NCBI RefSeq assembly: GCF_008189285.1
Contig: NZ_CP043315.1
Coordinates: 1-32,000 of the forward strand
Length of the DNA stretch: 32,000 nucleotides
From: Candidatus Saccharimonadota bacterium
GTDB lineage: Bacteria; Pseudomonadota; Alphaproteobacteria; CAJXXZ01; 1604HC
Reading direction: 5' to 3'
In this document: positions 16,647 to 25,778 of the stretch, piece by piece
How the letters are laid out: the number at the start of each line of letters is the position of its first letter
Position numbering within the stretch: position 1 is the first letter of the stretch
The notes under the pieces: model-generated
Databases searched by the model: none
The model's input: only the letters and a program-made list of their open reading frames with translations
What the model was told of the DNA's origin: nothing
Program-made: the position numbers and the translations under genes

Positions 16647-17591
16647 TTATCTGAAAGCTTTTTGATTATTTTTAGAACATGCAACAGAAAGTAGGCCTTC
16701 TCGCAATCCAGCGTTAGACATAACAATAACTGATATATTAGATATTATTGATATAATTTTATCTATAAAAATACAGCTTCCACGTGTAGAAATGTCTTTC
16801 TGGTTAGTTCTGTCATTTCTTTCAATGTCTCGTATAATTTCTCCAAATGATTGCTTTACTTGAATTAGAGGCAATATTTTGCCATGCAATATTTTGATAT
16901 CTATATCTTTGAGAGAATGGGTATGGTTTGCAAGCGTGCTCATAATTCCAGATTTAGCTATTATGAAAGGTATGCTTTGTTGTGCGTGATTTTTCATGCA
17001 TCTATGTGCAAACTGTCTTATTATATTTTCAGTTTCCTGGTCCATATAATATTCGCTATTGCTTTCAAGGAATTTTAAAATTCCAATTGGCAAAGAGATC
17101 CATTCTTTCAAATGCACGGAGTTATTATGTTTTAGGCATAGAGCTATTTCAGTACTGCAACCACCCATGTCAATTACATAAGAATATTTATATGGCATAA
17201 TCTCGGAACACCCTAAAGAAGATAAATATATCTCTTCATCTGGGTCAATAACTCTAAAATTTAGACCTGTTTCATTCTTAATTCTTTTTATTATATGATT
17301 TTTGTTTGAAGCAAGTCTGCATGCTGCAGTTACTACGCATTCAATCCGTTTTACATCATATTGTTTGGCTATTTGCATGCATTTGTATAAAAAAGATATA
17401 GTTCTGTTGGCTGCATCTTCTTGAATTAATCCAGTTTTATATACTTTGTCACCTAATCTTACAGCATTTGCTGCAGACTTAAGTATTGAAAAACCCAAAG
17501 GTTTGTTTTTATTTGCAAATCCAATTAACATCCTGCAAAGATTTGATCCCAAATCTATGCATGCTGCTTTGTTATTGTAATTAAATTTCAT
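16647..17591 (-). CDS. Ppx/GppA family phosphatase (exopolyphosphatase / pppGpp phosphohydrolase)
   Basis: ASKHA-fold phosphate motifs CIDLGSNLCRMLIG and VIDMGGCSTEIAL. At 314 aa it covers the N-terminal catalytic module only. Confidence 0.85.
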   Translation of the reverse strand: MKFNYNNKAACIDLGSNLCRMLIGFANKNKPLGFSILKSAANAVRLGDKVYKTGLIQEDAANRTISFLYKCMQIAKQYDVKRIECVVTAACRLASNKNHIIKRIKNETGLNFRVIDPDEEIYLSSLGCSEIMPYKYSYVIDMGGCSTEIALCLKHNNSVHLKEWISLPIGILKFLESNSEYYMDQETENIIRQFAHRCMKNHAQQSIPFIIAKSGIMSTLANHTHSLKDIDIKILHGKILPLIQVKQSFGEIIRDIERNDRTNQKDISTRGSCIFIDKIISIISNISVIVMSNAGLREGLLSVACSKNNQKAFR

Positions 17592-17932
17592 TATACTAAA
17601 TTTAACATATTTTTTTGTTTTATGATAAATTATATGATGTTTGCCTAGATAAATAAAATAAATTCATTTTTACTATATGTGATTAACATTGTATTTATTT
17701 AATTCATACACTAATCATTCATGTTTACGAAAGTCAAAATTTACTGCTAGGCGGTAAAATGGTAAGGTGTCAGGAGAATATAATGGTAATTTTAGATTTT
17801 AATTTTTATAAAAACTACAATACGTTGATTGCAATAAAGTCAGATAAGTACTTAGTTAAAAGAAAAATAGTAAGAAGACGAACAGCAAAAATATCAAAGA
17901 AACTTCCGTGATCATGCTTTGCATGCTAAATT

Positions 17933-18487
17933 GTGTTTGTGAAAATATTTAGAAAAGTGCCAAAAACTTTTAAAGCGCTTAGTTTGTTAGAAGTTAGTTT
18001 TGTATTGATAATTATGAGCCTGATGACATTTGCAGTTATGAAAGGCGTTGGGTTGGTTAGAAAAACTCAAGTAAATCGCTTGTCAAATGATGTGCAAGTT
18101 TATATTTCTGCAGCTCAATATTTTAAGAATGAAAATGGACAATTGCCTGGATTATATTCTGAAAGTCATAGTCCTGCGCCTATTTATGCAAATACTACTC
18201 AGAAATTTTTTGCTCAACTTCAAAAGTCTGGATTGGTGAACGTTAAAGAATCAGATAGTTATTCTACTCCCATAGGTGGATATTATGTGATAGATGAAGA
18301 TAATGGTGATTTGTGGATCAAGATATGCAAAGATAGTCAAGGAAGTGAATATTATTCAATAAGTAGTAGTCAATGGAGCGTATTAAAGCATAATGAAAAT
18401 ATAGATGAAGTTAGACATGGAAATACAGATGAGTTTAGCGATAATTCAGCAAGCCAAACAAGATCTATAAGATTTAAAGTTGGATAA
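17933..18487 (+). CDS. Prepilin-type N-terminal domain protein (type IV pilin / T2SS pseudopilin-like)
   Basis: Class III signal: the basic leader MFVKIFRKVPKTFKA is followed by LSLLEVSFVLIIMSLMTFAV, with Glu at +5. The alpha1-C region RLSNDVQVYISAAQYFKNENGQLPG resembles GspG/pilin. The start is GTG 17933; alternative GTGs are at 17939 and 17957. Confidence 0.7.
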   Translation: MFVKIFRKVPKTFKALSLLEVSFVLIIMSLMTFAVMKGVGLVRKTQVNRLSNDVQVYISAAQYFKNENGQLPGLYSESHSPAPIYANTTQKFFAQLQKSGLVNVKESDSYSTPIGGYYVIDEDNGDLWIKICKDSQGSEYYSISSSQWSVLKHNENIDEVRHGNTDEFSDNSASQTRSIRFKVG

Positions 18488-18627
18488 TAGTTTTCAAAAT
18501 TTGTAATTTCATGATTTTGACTTAGCAATATGAATATTATTTTATCCTAAAATTTTAAATTAATTAAATGTCAAAAAAATTTAATCAAAGAAATTTAATC
18601 AAAGAAATTTAAAAATGAAAAAGAAAA

Positions 18628-18699
18628 TGAGCGTAATAGGGATTGAACCTATGACCCCTACGATGTCAACGTAGTGCTCTACCGCTGAGCTACACACTC
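18628..18699 (-). tRNA. tRNA-Val (anticodon GAC)
   Basis: Hand-folded cloverleaf from the reverse complement: GAGTGTG-TA-GCTC-AGCGGTA-GAGC-A-CTACG-TTGACAT-CGTAG-GGGTC-ATAGG-TTCAATC-CCTAT-TACGCTC-A. It is 72 nt with no encoded CCA. Confidence 0.9.
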
Positions 18700-18791
18700 T
18701 CTCAAGCAATGCTATCAAATTACAGGATTTTGTAAAGTATTTTATTTGATCTCTTTAAATATTTTCATCTTTGTGCTAAGTTTTCGTTTAG

Positions 18792-18864
18792 GGGCGCTTA
18801 GCTCAGTTGGTAGAGCATCTGACTCTTAATCAGATTGTCGTAGGTTCGATCCCTACAGCGCCTG
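18792..18864 (+). tRNA. tRNA-Lys (anticodon CTT)
   Basis: Hand-folded cloverleaf: GGGCGCT-TA-GCTC-AGTTGGTA-GAGC-A-TCTGA-CTCTTAA-TCAGA-TTGTC-GTAGG-TTCGATC-CCTAC-AGCGCCT-G. It is 73 nt with no encoded CCA. Confidence 0.9.
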
Positions 18865-18872
18865 TGAAATTT

Positions 18873-20054
18873 ATGAAATTTATTAGAAATTATTTTTCTT
18901 TCACATATCTGGGAACCTTGCTTGAATATTATGATTACGTGCTTTTTATGCAGTTATCTTATTTTATATCTAAAGTATTTTTCCCTGAAAATTTTAATTC
19001 AATGTTTTATTTGTTTTCTGCTGGATATGCTGCAAGATTTTTTGGAATTTTTGCAATTAGTTTTTTTAGACATGATCAAGAAAAAATATTAAAAGCATCA
19101 TTGTTGATTGTGTCTGTTTCTAGTTTAATTATATCTATAATGCCAACTTATCAATCCATAGGTTTGGTTTCTACATATGTATTAATAACATTAAGATTAT
19201 TGCAAAGCATTTCTTATGCAGTGGAATTTCCTTCTGCAGTTTGCATCGCATCTGAGTCTAGTTCAAAGATAGGGTTAGTTATCTCTAGTGCCACTGTAGG
19301 ATCTATTTTAGCCAATTTATCACCGTGGATTTTATTATTATTTTTTAACAGTCAGCAGATTTTAGATTTTTATTGGAGGATTCCTTTTATGATTTCTGGA
19401 GCATTAGGTTTGATTTTGTTTAGATCAAGGTCTGTAAATTATGAAATGATTGAACGTGTAAGAAAAAGTATGTCTCAGTTTAATTTTATATCTCATTCTA
19501 AGGGAATATTAAACTCTATAAACACTTTGCTATTTCCTGGATTTTTGATCATAGCTTATATGTGTTTGCCTCAATTTTACACTAAATATGGTTATAGCGA
19601 TTTGTATTTTATATATAAATATAAGTTAATTATGTTAGTATTTTCAATAATATGCGTTAGCATAATTGGAAAATTAATGGACTCCAACAAGAATAAAATA
19701 TTTAATGAAAGTGGGATTTTGCATGTTCATAGATATTTTGTGATTTTATGGACCGCAATAGCCTCTTTGTCCTTAATGTGTAAATTTGGAGCTATATTGT
19801 TGATGGCATTTATGCAATTTTGCATTGCATTTTCATTTCAGTACGGATTAAAAAATATGCGCTCTCAATGCAGAGGTTCAATTTTCGCATCTATTATTGC
19901 TTATAATACAAGTATGTTTATTGGATCTTTTGCCTCTTCGTTTATTAGTTTTGCATATATGATTATTATTCCATTGTCCCTTGGATCTTTATTTGCATTT
20001 CAAATTAATAAGAATTTCAAAAATACTGACCTGAAGACCAATCAGCAAGATTAA
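18873..20054 (+). CDS. MFS transporter, ProP/metabolite:H+ symporter-like (divergent)
   Basis: Polytopic hydrophobic protein. The N-terminal LGTLLEYYDYVLFMQLSYFISKVFFP matches the ProP-type G..EW.DF..Y......FFP motif. I set the start at ATG 18873 because the ORF-track start at 18807 lies inside tRNA-Lys. Confidence 0.7.
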   Translation: MKFIRNYFSFTYLGTLLEYYDYVLFMQLSYFISKVFFPENFNSMFYLFSAGYAARFFGIFAISFFRHDQEKILKASLLIVSVSSLIISIMPTYQSIGLVSTYVLITLRLLQSISYAVEFPSAVCIASESSSKIGLVISSATVGSILANLSPWILLLFFNSQQILDFYWRIPFMISGALGLILFRSRSVNYEMIERVRKSMSQFNFISHSKGILNSINTLLFPGFLIIAYMCLPQFYTKYGYSDLYFIYKYKLIMLVFSIICVSIIGKLMDSNKNKIFNESGILHVHRYFVILWTAIASLSLMCKFGAILLMAFMQFCIAFSFQYGLKNMRSQCRGSIFASIIAYNTSMFIGSFASSFISFAYMIIIPLSLGSLFAFQINKNFKNTDLKTNQQD

Positions 20055-20063
20055 GAGTATAGA

Positions 20064-21830
20064 TTGATCAATTTTATTTCACATAATTACATGTCATTTC
20101 TACCATTATTTGGTGTTCAAATTTTGCTTTATAAGATTTTTTCAAAAAATAGAGAGTTTTCATCAACATTATTTGTTTTGTTTGGCTTTGTTTCTTATTT
20201 ATTTTTCTCATCAGAATCTATCTTTTTCACATTTTTATTGTGGGAAATAATTACGTGGATTTCTTATCTTTTATTACGCAATGAAAATAATCGAAAAGAA
20301 ACTAGAGTTATATTGTTAAACAATATATTTGGAGGGCTTGCATTCGCATGGGCAACATGTGTTTTGTTAAAGAAGGTTAGTTTGTGGAGTGATTTGCATA
20401 ATGTTGATTTTTCCAATGCAGATATAATTCAGATTTCGCTTGGTTTGTCTGTAGCTATTTTAACAAAATCATCTCAATTTCCATTTTCTTGGTTAATGCT
20501 AACTAAAAAATCTTCATCGCTTGTTAGTGCGTATTTGCATTCTTCAACTGTAGTGCAAATGGGAATTTACTTGATGGTAAAAATACACTCATCCGCTTTA
20601 AGTAGTGATCTATTTTTCTGGATTATATGTATTTCATCTTGCATAACTATCATTCAATCTTCTATGTATTTTAATAATAACAATTTGAAAGTATTAATTG
20701 CCATTACATCTCAAATTCATGCATCATTATGCATTTTGCTTGCTTTGTACGATATTAATTGCATAAGAAATATAATCATTGTTCATGCGATTTATAAGTC
20801 TTTTATGTTTATTTATTGCGATGAAATATTTAGGAAAAATAAAAGTTACAATATTAGAGATGTAAATTCCATTTCTTTTTCCTCTTTTCTGTTGTTGATT
20901 TTATGCTCCATTCCTATGTGTGGGATTCCTGGATTTATGGCTAGCGCAGTTTATGGAAGCAAGGTGTTTTTGCAAAACAAAATAAATTATATTTTGATGC
21001 TTATCATTAAGTCTTTCAATATTTTGATATTTGTCAAATTATTTATACAAATTTCTAATTTAATTAGAAGTAAAAAGATTGAGTTTTTTAGCTATTTGCA
21101 TGTTTTGCTATTGCCATGTTTATTGTTCTTAGCTCCATCAGGATTTATCAAAACAAACTATTTTATTTTATCCATCCTTTTTTCTTTTTTGCTTTCTAAG
21201 TTTGCACTTAAGTCAGAGAGCAATTTTAATGTTGTGAAACTGTTTGGGTCTTTGATTGAAATGGCTAAAATTCCAAGTAAAAAAGATTATATATTTTACC
21301 TATCCTTTCTTTTGATCTTCATTGCAGCTGTGGGTAATTTTTATGAATGCAATGTTTTTGATAATTTTTTAATGCATTTTAATGTAGAAGATATAATATT
21401 CTATGCGTTTCTGATTTTTGGATGCTTTTTTCTTCTTCAAGATGGTATTTTTAAGAAGCTATCTGGATTTTGGTTGATAAGCATTTTTACGACAAATGAA
21501 TATATGAAATTTGGGGGAGTTGATATTGTTGTTACCAATATATTGGCTGATGTCATTGTGTCTTATTTGCTTATTAAATCATTTATGAATTTTGACCACA
21601 AAGATAATAATATGATTAGATTTATAAGATCTGTCCCTATCAATGCTACGATATCTTTTTGCTGCATTTCTTTTTTTAAAATTTCTTCTAAGATTGTGCA
21701 TTATAATTCGTCAATTTCAGTGAATGATATAGTTGTATTTTATCGTATTTTAGACACTTTAGGAGAGACCTTAGTTTTGTTGATAGTTGGGTTATGCATT
21801 AATTTTTTGATAGCTAAGGATAGATATTAA
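20064..21830 (+). CDS. Proton-conducting antiporter-like membrane protein (NuoL/MrpA family), divergent and orphan
   Basis: LLWEIITWISYLLL resembles the NuoL/MrpA N-terminal WE..G..SYLLI. TKSSQFPFSWLMLTKKSSSLVSAYLHSSTVVQMGIYL resembles KSAQ.PF..WLP.AM..PTPVSAL.H..T.V.AG.YL. It has many TM helices. No other Mrp or Nuo subunits are nearby. Confidence 0.55.
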   Translation: MINFISHNYMSFLPLFGVQILLYKIFSKNREFSSTLFVLFGFVSYLFFSSESIFFTFLLWEIITWISYLLLRNENNRKETRVILLNNIFGGLAFAWATCVLLKKVSLWSDLHNVDFSNADIIQISLGLSVAILTKSSQFPFSWLMLTKKSSSLVSAYLHSSTVVQMGIYLMVKIHSSALSSDLFFWIICISSCITIIQSSMYFNNNNLKVLIAITSQIHASLCILLALYDINCIRNIIIVHAIYKSFMFIYCDEIFRKNKSYNIRDVNSISFSSFLLLILCSIPMCGIPGFMASAVYGSKVFLQNKINYILMLIIKSFNILIFVKLFIQISNLIRSKKIEFFSYLHVLLLPCLLFLAPSGFIKTNYFILSILFSFLLSKFALKSESNFNVVKLFGSLIEMAKIPSKKDYIFYLSFLLIFIAAVGNFYECNVFDNFLMHFNVEDIIFYAFLIFGCFFLLQDGIFKKLSGFWLISIFTTNEYMKFGGVDIVVTNILADVIVSYLLIKSFMNFDHKDNNMIRFIRSVPINATISFCCISFFKISSKIVHYNSSISVNDIVVFYRILDTLGETLVLLIVGLCINFLIAKDRY

Positions 21831-21858
21831 GAGACAAATATGATAGAAATTTAAATAT

Positions 21859-23340
21859 ATGAATATAATTTTTAAGTCAATTTTATCTTTAGTTTTATGT
21901 TTTTGCAGTTTTGAATCTATGCAAGCTAAAGGTGCAAAAAATACAAATACAACAGCTAATGTTAAGAAGCATTCCAATCAATCAAGAAAAAGAGATGCCT
22001 ATCATAAATCAGAATTATCATTTATTTCTTCAGGAGATATAAAGCAAATAGAAGATTGGGCATCAAAAGTGGTTGCTAGCAATAATTATGTAAAGTGCAT
22101 AAGGGCTAAATTTGTTTCAAAAAATGCTAAAAATATAGCAGATATTATGGCATTCTTTCCATCTGTAGATGTTTCCCTTTCTCATCAGCATGTTTTTAGA
22201 GAAAATGGAGCTAATGCTAAAAAAGTTTTTGATGCTAAGTGGCATAACAAAGAGGTAAAAGTTAATTTGATTCAACTTAAAAATTCTATGATTACTGATA
22301 TAGCTGCTTCAGGAATGAAATCGAAAGCTGATCTTGAAGAATACTGGAAAGAATGGTCTAAATTTTGTTTAGAAGATGTTATTTCTAACTTAATAGATTG
22401 GATAGCGCAAAAATCTATCGTAAGAATGAAGCAAAATATTGTAAATTCAAGAAAATCTATCGTAAGAAAAATAGATTTAAGAATACAAACAGGAGTTATG
22501 AATGTTTCTGATTTATATTCTGCGCAATCTGAATTAGCTACTTCTGAGGCAGAATTATTTATTGCGCAAAATAAAGCAAAAGTTTTGAGAAATAAATTAG
22601 ATGATATTTCAGGCGGAATTGAACCCCCTCAACAAATTGGAGTTATATCAGAGTATGGAAATTGGGAAGAGAATAAGTCATCCATTTTAAGAAATTCTCA
22701 TGACTTAAAGCAAGAATATTACATGAGAAAACATAAAATCGCTAAAGGATCATCAAATGTATTAGGTGGAACTTTGCCGAATTTAGGCATTGAAATGTCA
22801 TTTAATAAAAAATCTGACCATCACACTTTTGGATCGAATCCTTTGAAAAAATGGAGAGGTTCTTTTGATTTGAGCTTAAGTCAGCATATTGGATTAGATA
22901 ATATTCCTAGAATTGTGAGCGGGTCAAAAGGAGTTGTTGCTGCTAGATTAGAATATTTAGAGGCTGTTAGAAAAACCATTACTGCTGGACATGAAGTGTT
23001 TGCTGATCTTGAAAATAGCGCGCAAGAATTGAAAATGCATAGAAGAGCTTTGGAGATTCATGAGAAATCATTGAGAGTTAAAAGAGAGTTATTTTTCAAT
23101 GATTTAGAATTGCAAGGAAAAAGAAGATTATCTATAGATGATGTGATTTATGCTGAAGGAAATGTAACTTATGGGCATAATAAAACCATTGAAGCATATC
23201 AAAAAGCTGCAAAAAGCTACTTCACACTTATGCATATGAAAGGTGAATTAGCCAGAAGAATTGGAAACAGAAAAAATTCAAACAAATCTTTTGAGAATAG
23301 CGTTAAACAAGCACAAATAAAAAGAAATAAAAAGAAATAA
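21859..23340 (+). CDS. TolC-family outer-membrane efflux protein (putative)
   Basis: Signal peptide MNIIFKSILSLVLCFCSFESMQA. Helical repeats carry the TolC-like pattern (VSDLYSAQSELATSEAELFIAQNKAKVLRNKLDDISG; second half EYLEAVRKTITAGHEVFADLENS...). The C-terminal tail is lysine-rich. Confidence 0.55.
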   Translation: MNIIFKSILSLVLCFCSFESMQAKGAKNTNTTANVKKHSNQSRKRDAYHKSELSFISSGDIKQIEDWASKVVASNNYVKCIRAKFVSKNAKNIADIMAFFPSVDVSLSHQHVFRENGANAKKVFDAKWHNKEVKVNLIQLKNSMITDIAASGMKSKADLEEYWKEWSKFCLEDVISNLIDWIAQKSIVRMKQNIVNSRKSIVRKIDLRIQTGVMNVSDLYSAQSELATSEAELFIAQNKAKVLRNKLDDISGGIEPPQQIGVISEYGNWEENKSSILRNSHDLKQEYYMRKHKIAKGSSNVLGGTLPNLGIEMSFNKKSDHHTFGSNPLKKWRGSFDLSLSQHIGLDNIPRIVSGSKGVVAARLEYLEAVRKTITAGHEVFADLENSAQELKMHRRALEIHEKSLRVKRELFFNDLELQGKRRLSIDDVIYAEGNVTYGHNKTIEAYQKAAKSYFTLMHMKGELARRIGNRKNSNKSFENSVKQAQIKRNKKK

Positions 23341-23360
23341 AAAATTTCGAAAGGAAAAAA

Positions 23361-24683
23361 ATGTTATCAGTTTTAAATTTAAATTTTAAAATCACAAAAG
23401 AAAGAGGCGATGCGTTGCTTTTTTCTGTCAAAAAATCAGAAGATAACTTGATTTATAGAAATGAATCTTCTATAGAATATTTTACAAGTAAAAAAGATTA
23501 TTTGATTATTGGGGTAGAGGTTGCAAAATATATAAAAAAAGAAAATAAAAGCTTGTCAGATATTTGTATAGACTGCTCTATGGAAAAAGAAGATTTTTTA
23601 AAATTTTATGAAGGAATTTTAATAGGGTCTTGGGAGTACGATAATCACAAAACTGACAAGAGTGGTAAAAATATCTCTGTGAATTTATTAATCAATCAAA
23701 ATATGGGAAATGACATAGAAAGCAAAGCAAAGGAAATTTCTAATTTAATTGAAGCTTCTTTCTTGACTAGAAAGTTGGTTGAAATGCCAGGAAACTTGCT
23801 TACTCCTAGCAAATTAGCTGAGTATGCAAAAAATATAGATGGGTTAAAAGTCGAGGTAGAGAAAATAAATCATGGTGGAATTTGGGAAGTTGGAAAAGGA
23901 AGCTCTGAAGATCCTCTTTTGCTAACTTGCGAATGGAATGGAGATAGCTCTGAAGATCCGATAATATTGGTTGGAAAAGGAGTCACATTCGATTCAGGTG
24001 GATTGTCTTTAAAGCCGCCAAGAAGCATGGAAGACATGAAATGTGATATGGGTGGAGCTGCTACTGTTCTAGGAATTATGCAGGCTGCTGTAAAAAATAA
24101 AATTAAAAAAAGAATTATTGGAATTATGCCATGTGTTGAAAATATGCCATCTGGAAATGCGCTTAAACCAGGTGATGTAATTACTTCAATGTCTGGAAAA
24201 ACAATAGAAGTTCTAAATACTGATGCTGAGGGAAGATTGATTTTAGCAGATGCTTTGCACATTGCTCAAAATAAATATAATGCTAAGGAAATTATTGATT
24301 TTGCAACATTAACTGGAGCTGTGACAGTTGCATTAGGAGAATTATATGCTGGATTATTTTCCAATAATAATGAGCTAGCTAATAAAATAACTGAATCAGG
24401 GGAAATGGTTTGTGAGCCTGTTTGTAGATTGCCTTTGCATGAGAAGTATGATGAATTGATGAATAGTGATATAGCTGATATGTGTAATATACAAAAACCT
24501 GGGGGCGGGGCAGGAAGTATTACTGCTGCGCAATTTCTTCAGAGATTTGTTAATTCTGATGTTGCATGGGCTCATTTAGACATTGCTGGAGTTGCAAGAA
24601 CTTCATTTAATTCGGCTATTAATATAAATAAATCTACTGGATTTGGAGTTAGATTAATTTATAATTACTTAACAAATAATTGA
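23361..24683 (+). CDS. pepA: Leucyl aminopeptidase (M17)
   Basis: M17 signatures VGKGVTFDSGGLSLKP and NTDAEGRLILADAL. 440 aa. Confidence 0.95.
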   Translation: MLSVLNLNFKITKERGDALLFSVKKSEDNLIYRNESSIEYFTSKKDYLIIGVEVAKYIKKENKSLSDICIDCSMEKEDFLKFYEGILIGSWEYDNHKTDKSGKNISVNLLINQNMGNDIESKAKEISNLIEASFLTRKLVEMPGNLLTPSKLAEYAKNIDGLKVEVEKINHGGIWEVGKGSSEDPLLLTCEWNGDSSEDPIILVGKGVTFDSGGLSLKPPRSMEDMKCDMGGAATVLGIMQAAVKNKIKKRIIGIMPCVENMPSGNALKPGDVITSMSGKTIEVLNTDAEGRLILADALHIAQNKYNAKEIIDFATLTGAVTVALGELYAGLFSNNNELANKITESGEMVCEPVCRLPLHEKYDELMNSDIADMCNIQKPGGGAGSITAAQFLQRFVNSDVAWAHLDIAGVARTSFNSAININKSTGFGVRLIYNYLTNN

Positions 24684-24779
24684 ATCCAACAATGTATAAC
24701 TTTCTGTAATTTGATTGTTCAATTATCAAATTTTCGATTCTAAGGAAGGAATTGAATCAATGCAAAAAAATTTAATTTA

Positions 24780-24814
24780 ATCTAATTTTTGAAATCAAAT
24801 CTAATTTTTGAAAT
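24780..24814. repeat. 19-bp-period tandem repeat (atctaatttttgaaat x2)
   Basis: Identical 16-mers at 24780-24795 and 24799-24814 in the pepA-map spacer. Confidence 0.85.
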
Positions 24815-24910
24815 TTTTATATTGTAATTTGCAAATAAAGAAAAAGTTGAATTAATGCATAATAGGCAGATCTGTATGTTAGAATTTTTACATTATAATC
24901 TTATATTACA

Positions 24911-24972
24911 ATCTTATATTTATAAATTTGCTTAAATATCTATCTTATATTTATAAATTTGCTTAAATATCT
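24911..24972. repeat. 31-bp perfect tandem repeat x2
   Basis: atcttatatttataaatttgcttaaatatct occurs at 24911-24941 and 24942-24972, about 35 nt upstream of map. A partial third copy, aatcttatatt, is at 24897. Confidence 0.9.
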
Positions 24973-25007
24973 ATGCTTATTGTTATGTATTTGCTAACAT
25001 TTTATTA

Positions 25008-25775
25008 ATGGTTAGAAAAAATAAGTTTGGCGTAAAAATATATGATGAGAGTAGTTTTGAAAAAATGTCTAAGGCATGTAAATTAGCTTCAAAAACCATA
25101 GATTATTTAAAACAATTTGTGAAAGCTGGAATTACTACAAAGTATATAGATAAGATGTGTGAAGAATTTATTTTAAAAAATGGCGGAAAGCCAACATGTA
25201 AAGGGTATAGCGGATTTCCAGCATCGTTATGCACTTCTATTAATGATGTGGCATGTCATGGAATTCCAAATGATATCGAATTGAAAGATGGGGATATTAT
25301 TAATCTAGATGTAGTTGTTGAAATCGATGGATGGCATGGAGACACAAGCAAAACATTTGCAGTTGGGAAAATATCTGAGCAACATCAAAATTTACTTAGA
25401 ATTGCCGAAGAAGCTATGAACGTAGGTATTGAATCTGTAAAAATTGGTGGATGCTTTAATGATATAGGAAGATCAATTGAGCAATATGTTAAAAAACAAA
25501 AAGGATTTTGCTTAATACCTAAATTTTGCGGTCATGGAATTGGACAGAATATGCATGAAGATCCTCTAGTTTTACATTTTGAGACTTACGAAGAAACTTC
25601 TACAATTGAAAAAGGGATGTTTTTTACTATTGAGCCTATTATTTCATGTGGAAGCTCTAATGTTAGAGAAATGAAAGATGGATGGACAATGGTTACAAAG
25701 GACAATGGATTTGCTGCTCAGTTTGAACATACTATAAGTATTGGGCATGACGAGAAAATACATATATTAACGTAA
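25008..25775 (+). CDS. map: Type I methionine aminopeptidase
   Basis: CHGIPN, metal ligands in INLDVVVEIDGWHGDTSKTF, GHGIGQNMHE and FTIEP...EHT. Confidence 0.97.
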   Translation: MVRKNKFGVKIYDESSFEKMSKACKLASKTIDYLKQFVKAGITTKYIDKMCEEFILKNGGKPTCKGYSGFPASLCTSINDVACHGIPNDIELKDGDIINLDVVVEIDGWHGDTSKTFAVGKISEQHQNLLRIAEEAMNVGIESVKIGGCFNDIGRSIEQYVKKQKGFCLIPKFCGHGIGQNMHEDPLVLHFETYEETSTIEKGMFFTIEPIISCGSSNVREMKDGWTMVTKDNGFAAQFEHTISIGHDEKIHILT

Positions 25776-25778
25776 AAT

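Noticed and set aside
17759-17911. 50-aa ORF (MVRCQENIMVILDFNFYKNYNTLIAIKSDKYLVKRKIVRRRTAKISKKLP) 21 nt upstream of the prepilin gene
   Set aside because: It has no recognisable motif. A basic, low-complexity tail is expected by chance in AT-rich DNA. It resembles no small ribosomal protein I know. I left it unannotated, but it is worth a look if it is conserved upstream of the pilin in relatives.
18807-18872. N-terminal 22 aa of the ORF-track protein 18807..20054 (MVEHLTLNQIVVGSIPTAPVKF)
   Set aside because: This stretch is the translation of tRNA-Lys (18792-18864). The real CDS starts at ATG 18873.
18488-18900. Integration site or genomic island at the tRNA pair
   Set aside because: There is no integrase or recombinase. 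No duplicated tRNA 3' segment (att-like direct repeat) is visible. The flanking genes are ordinary chromosomal genes of the same composition.
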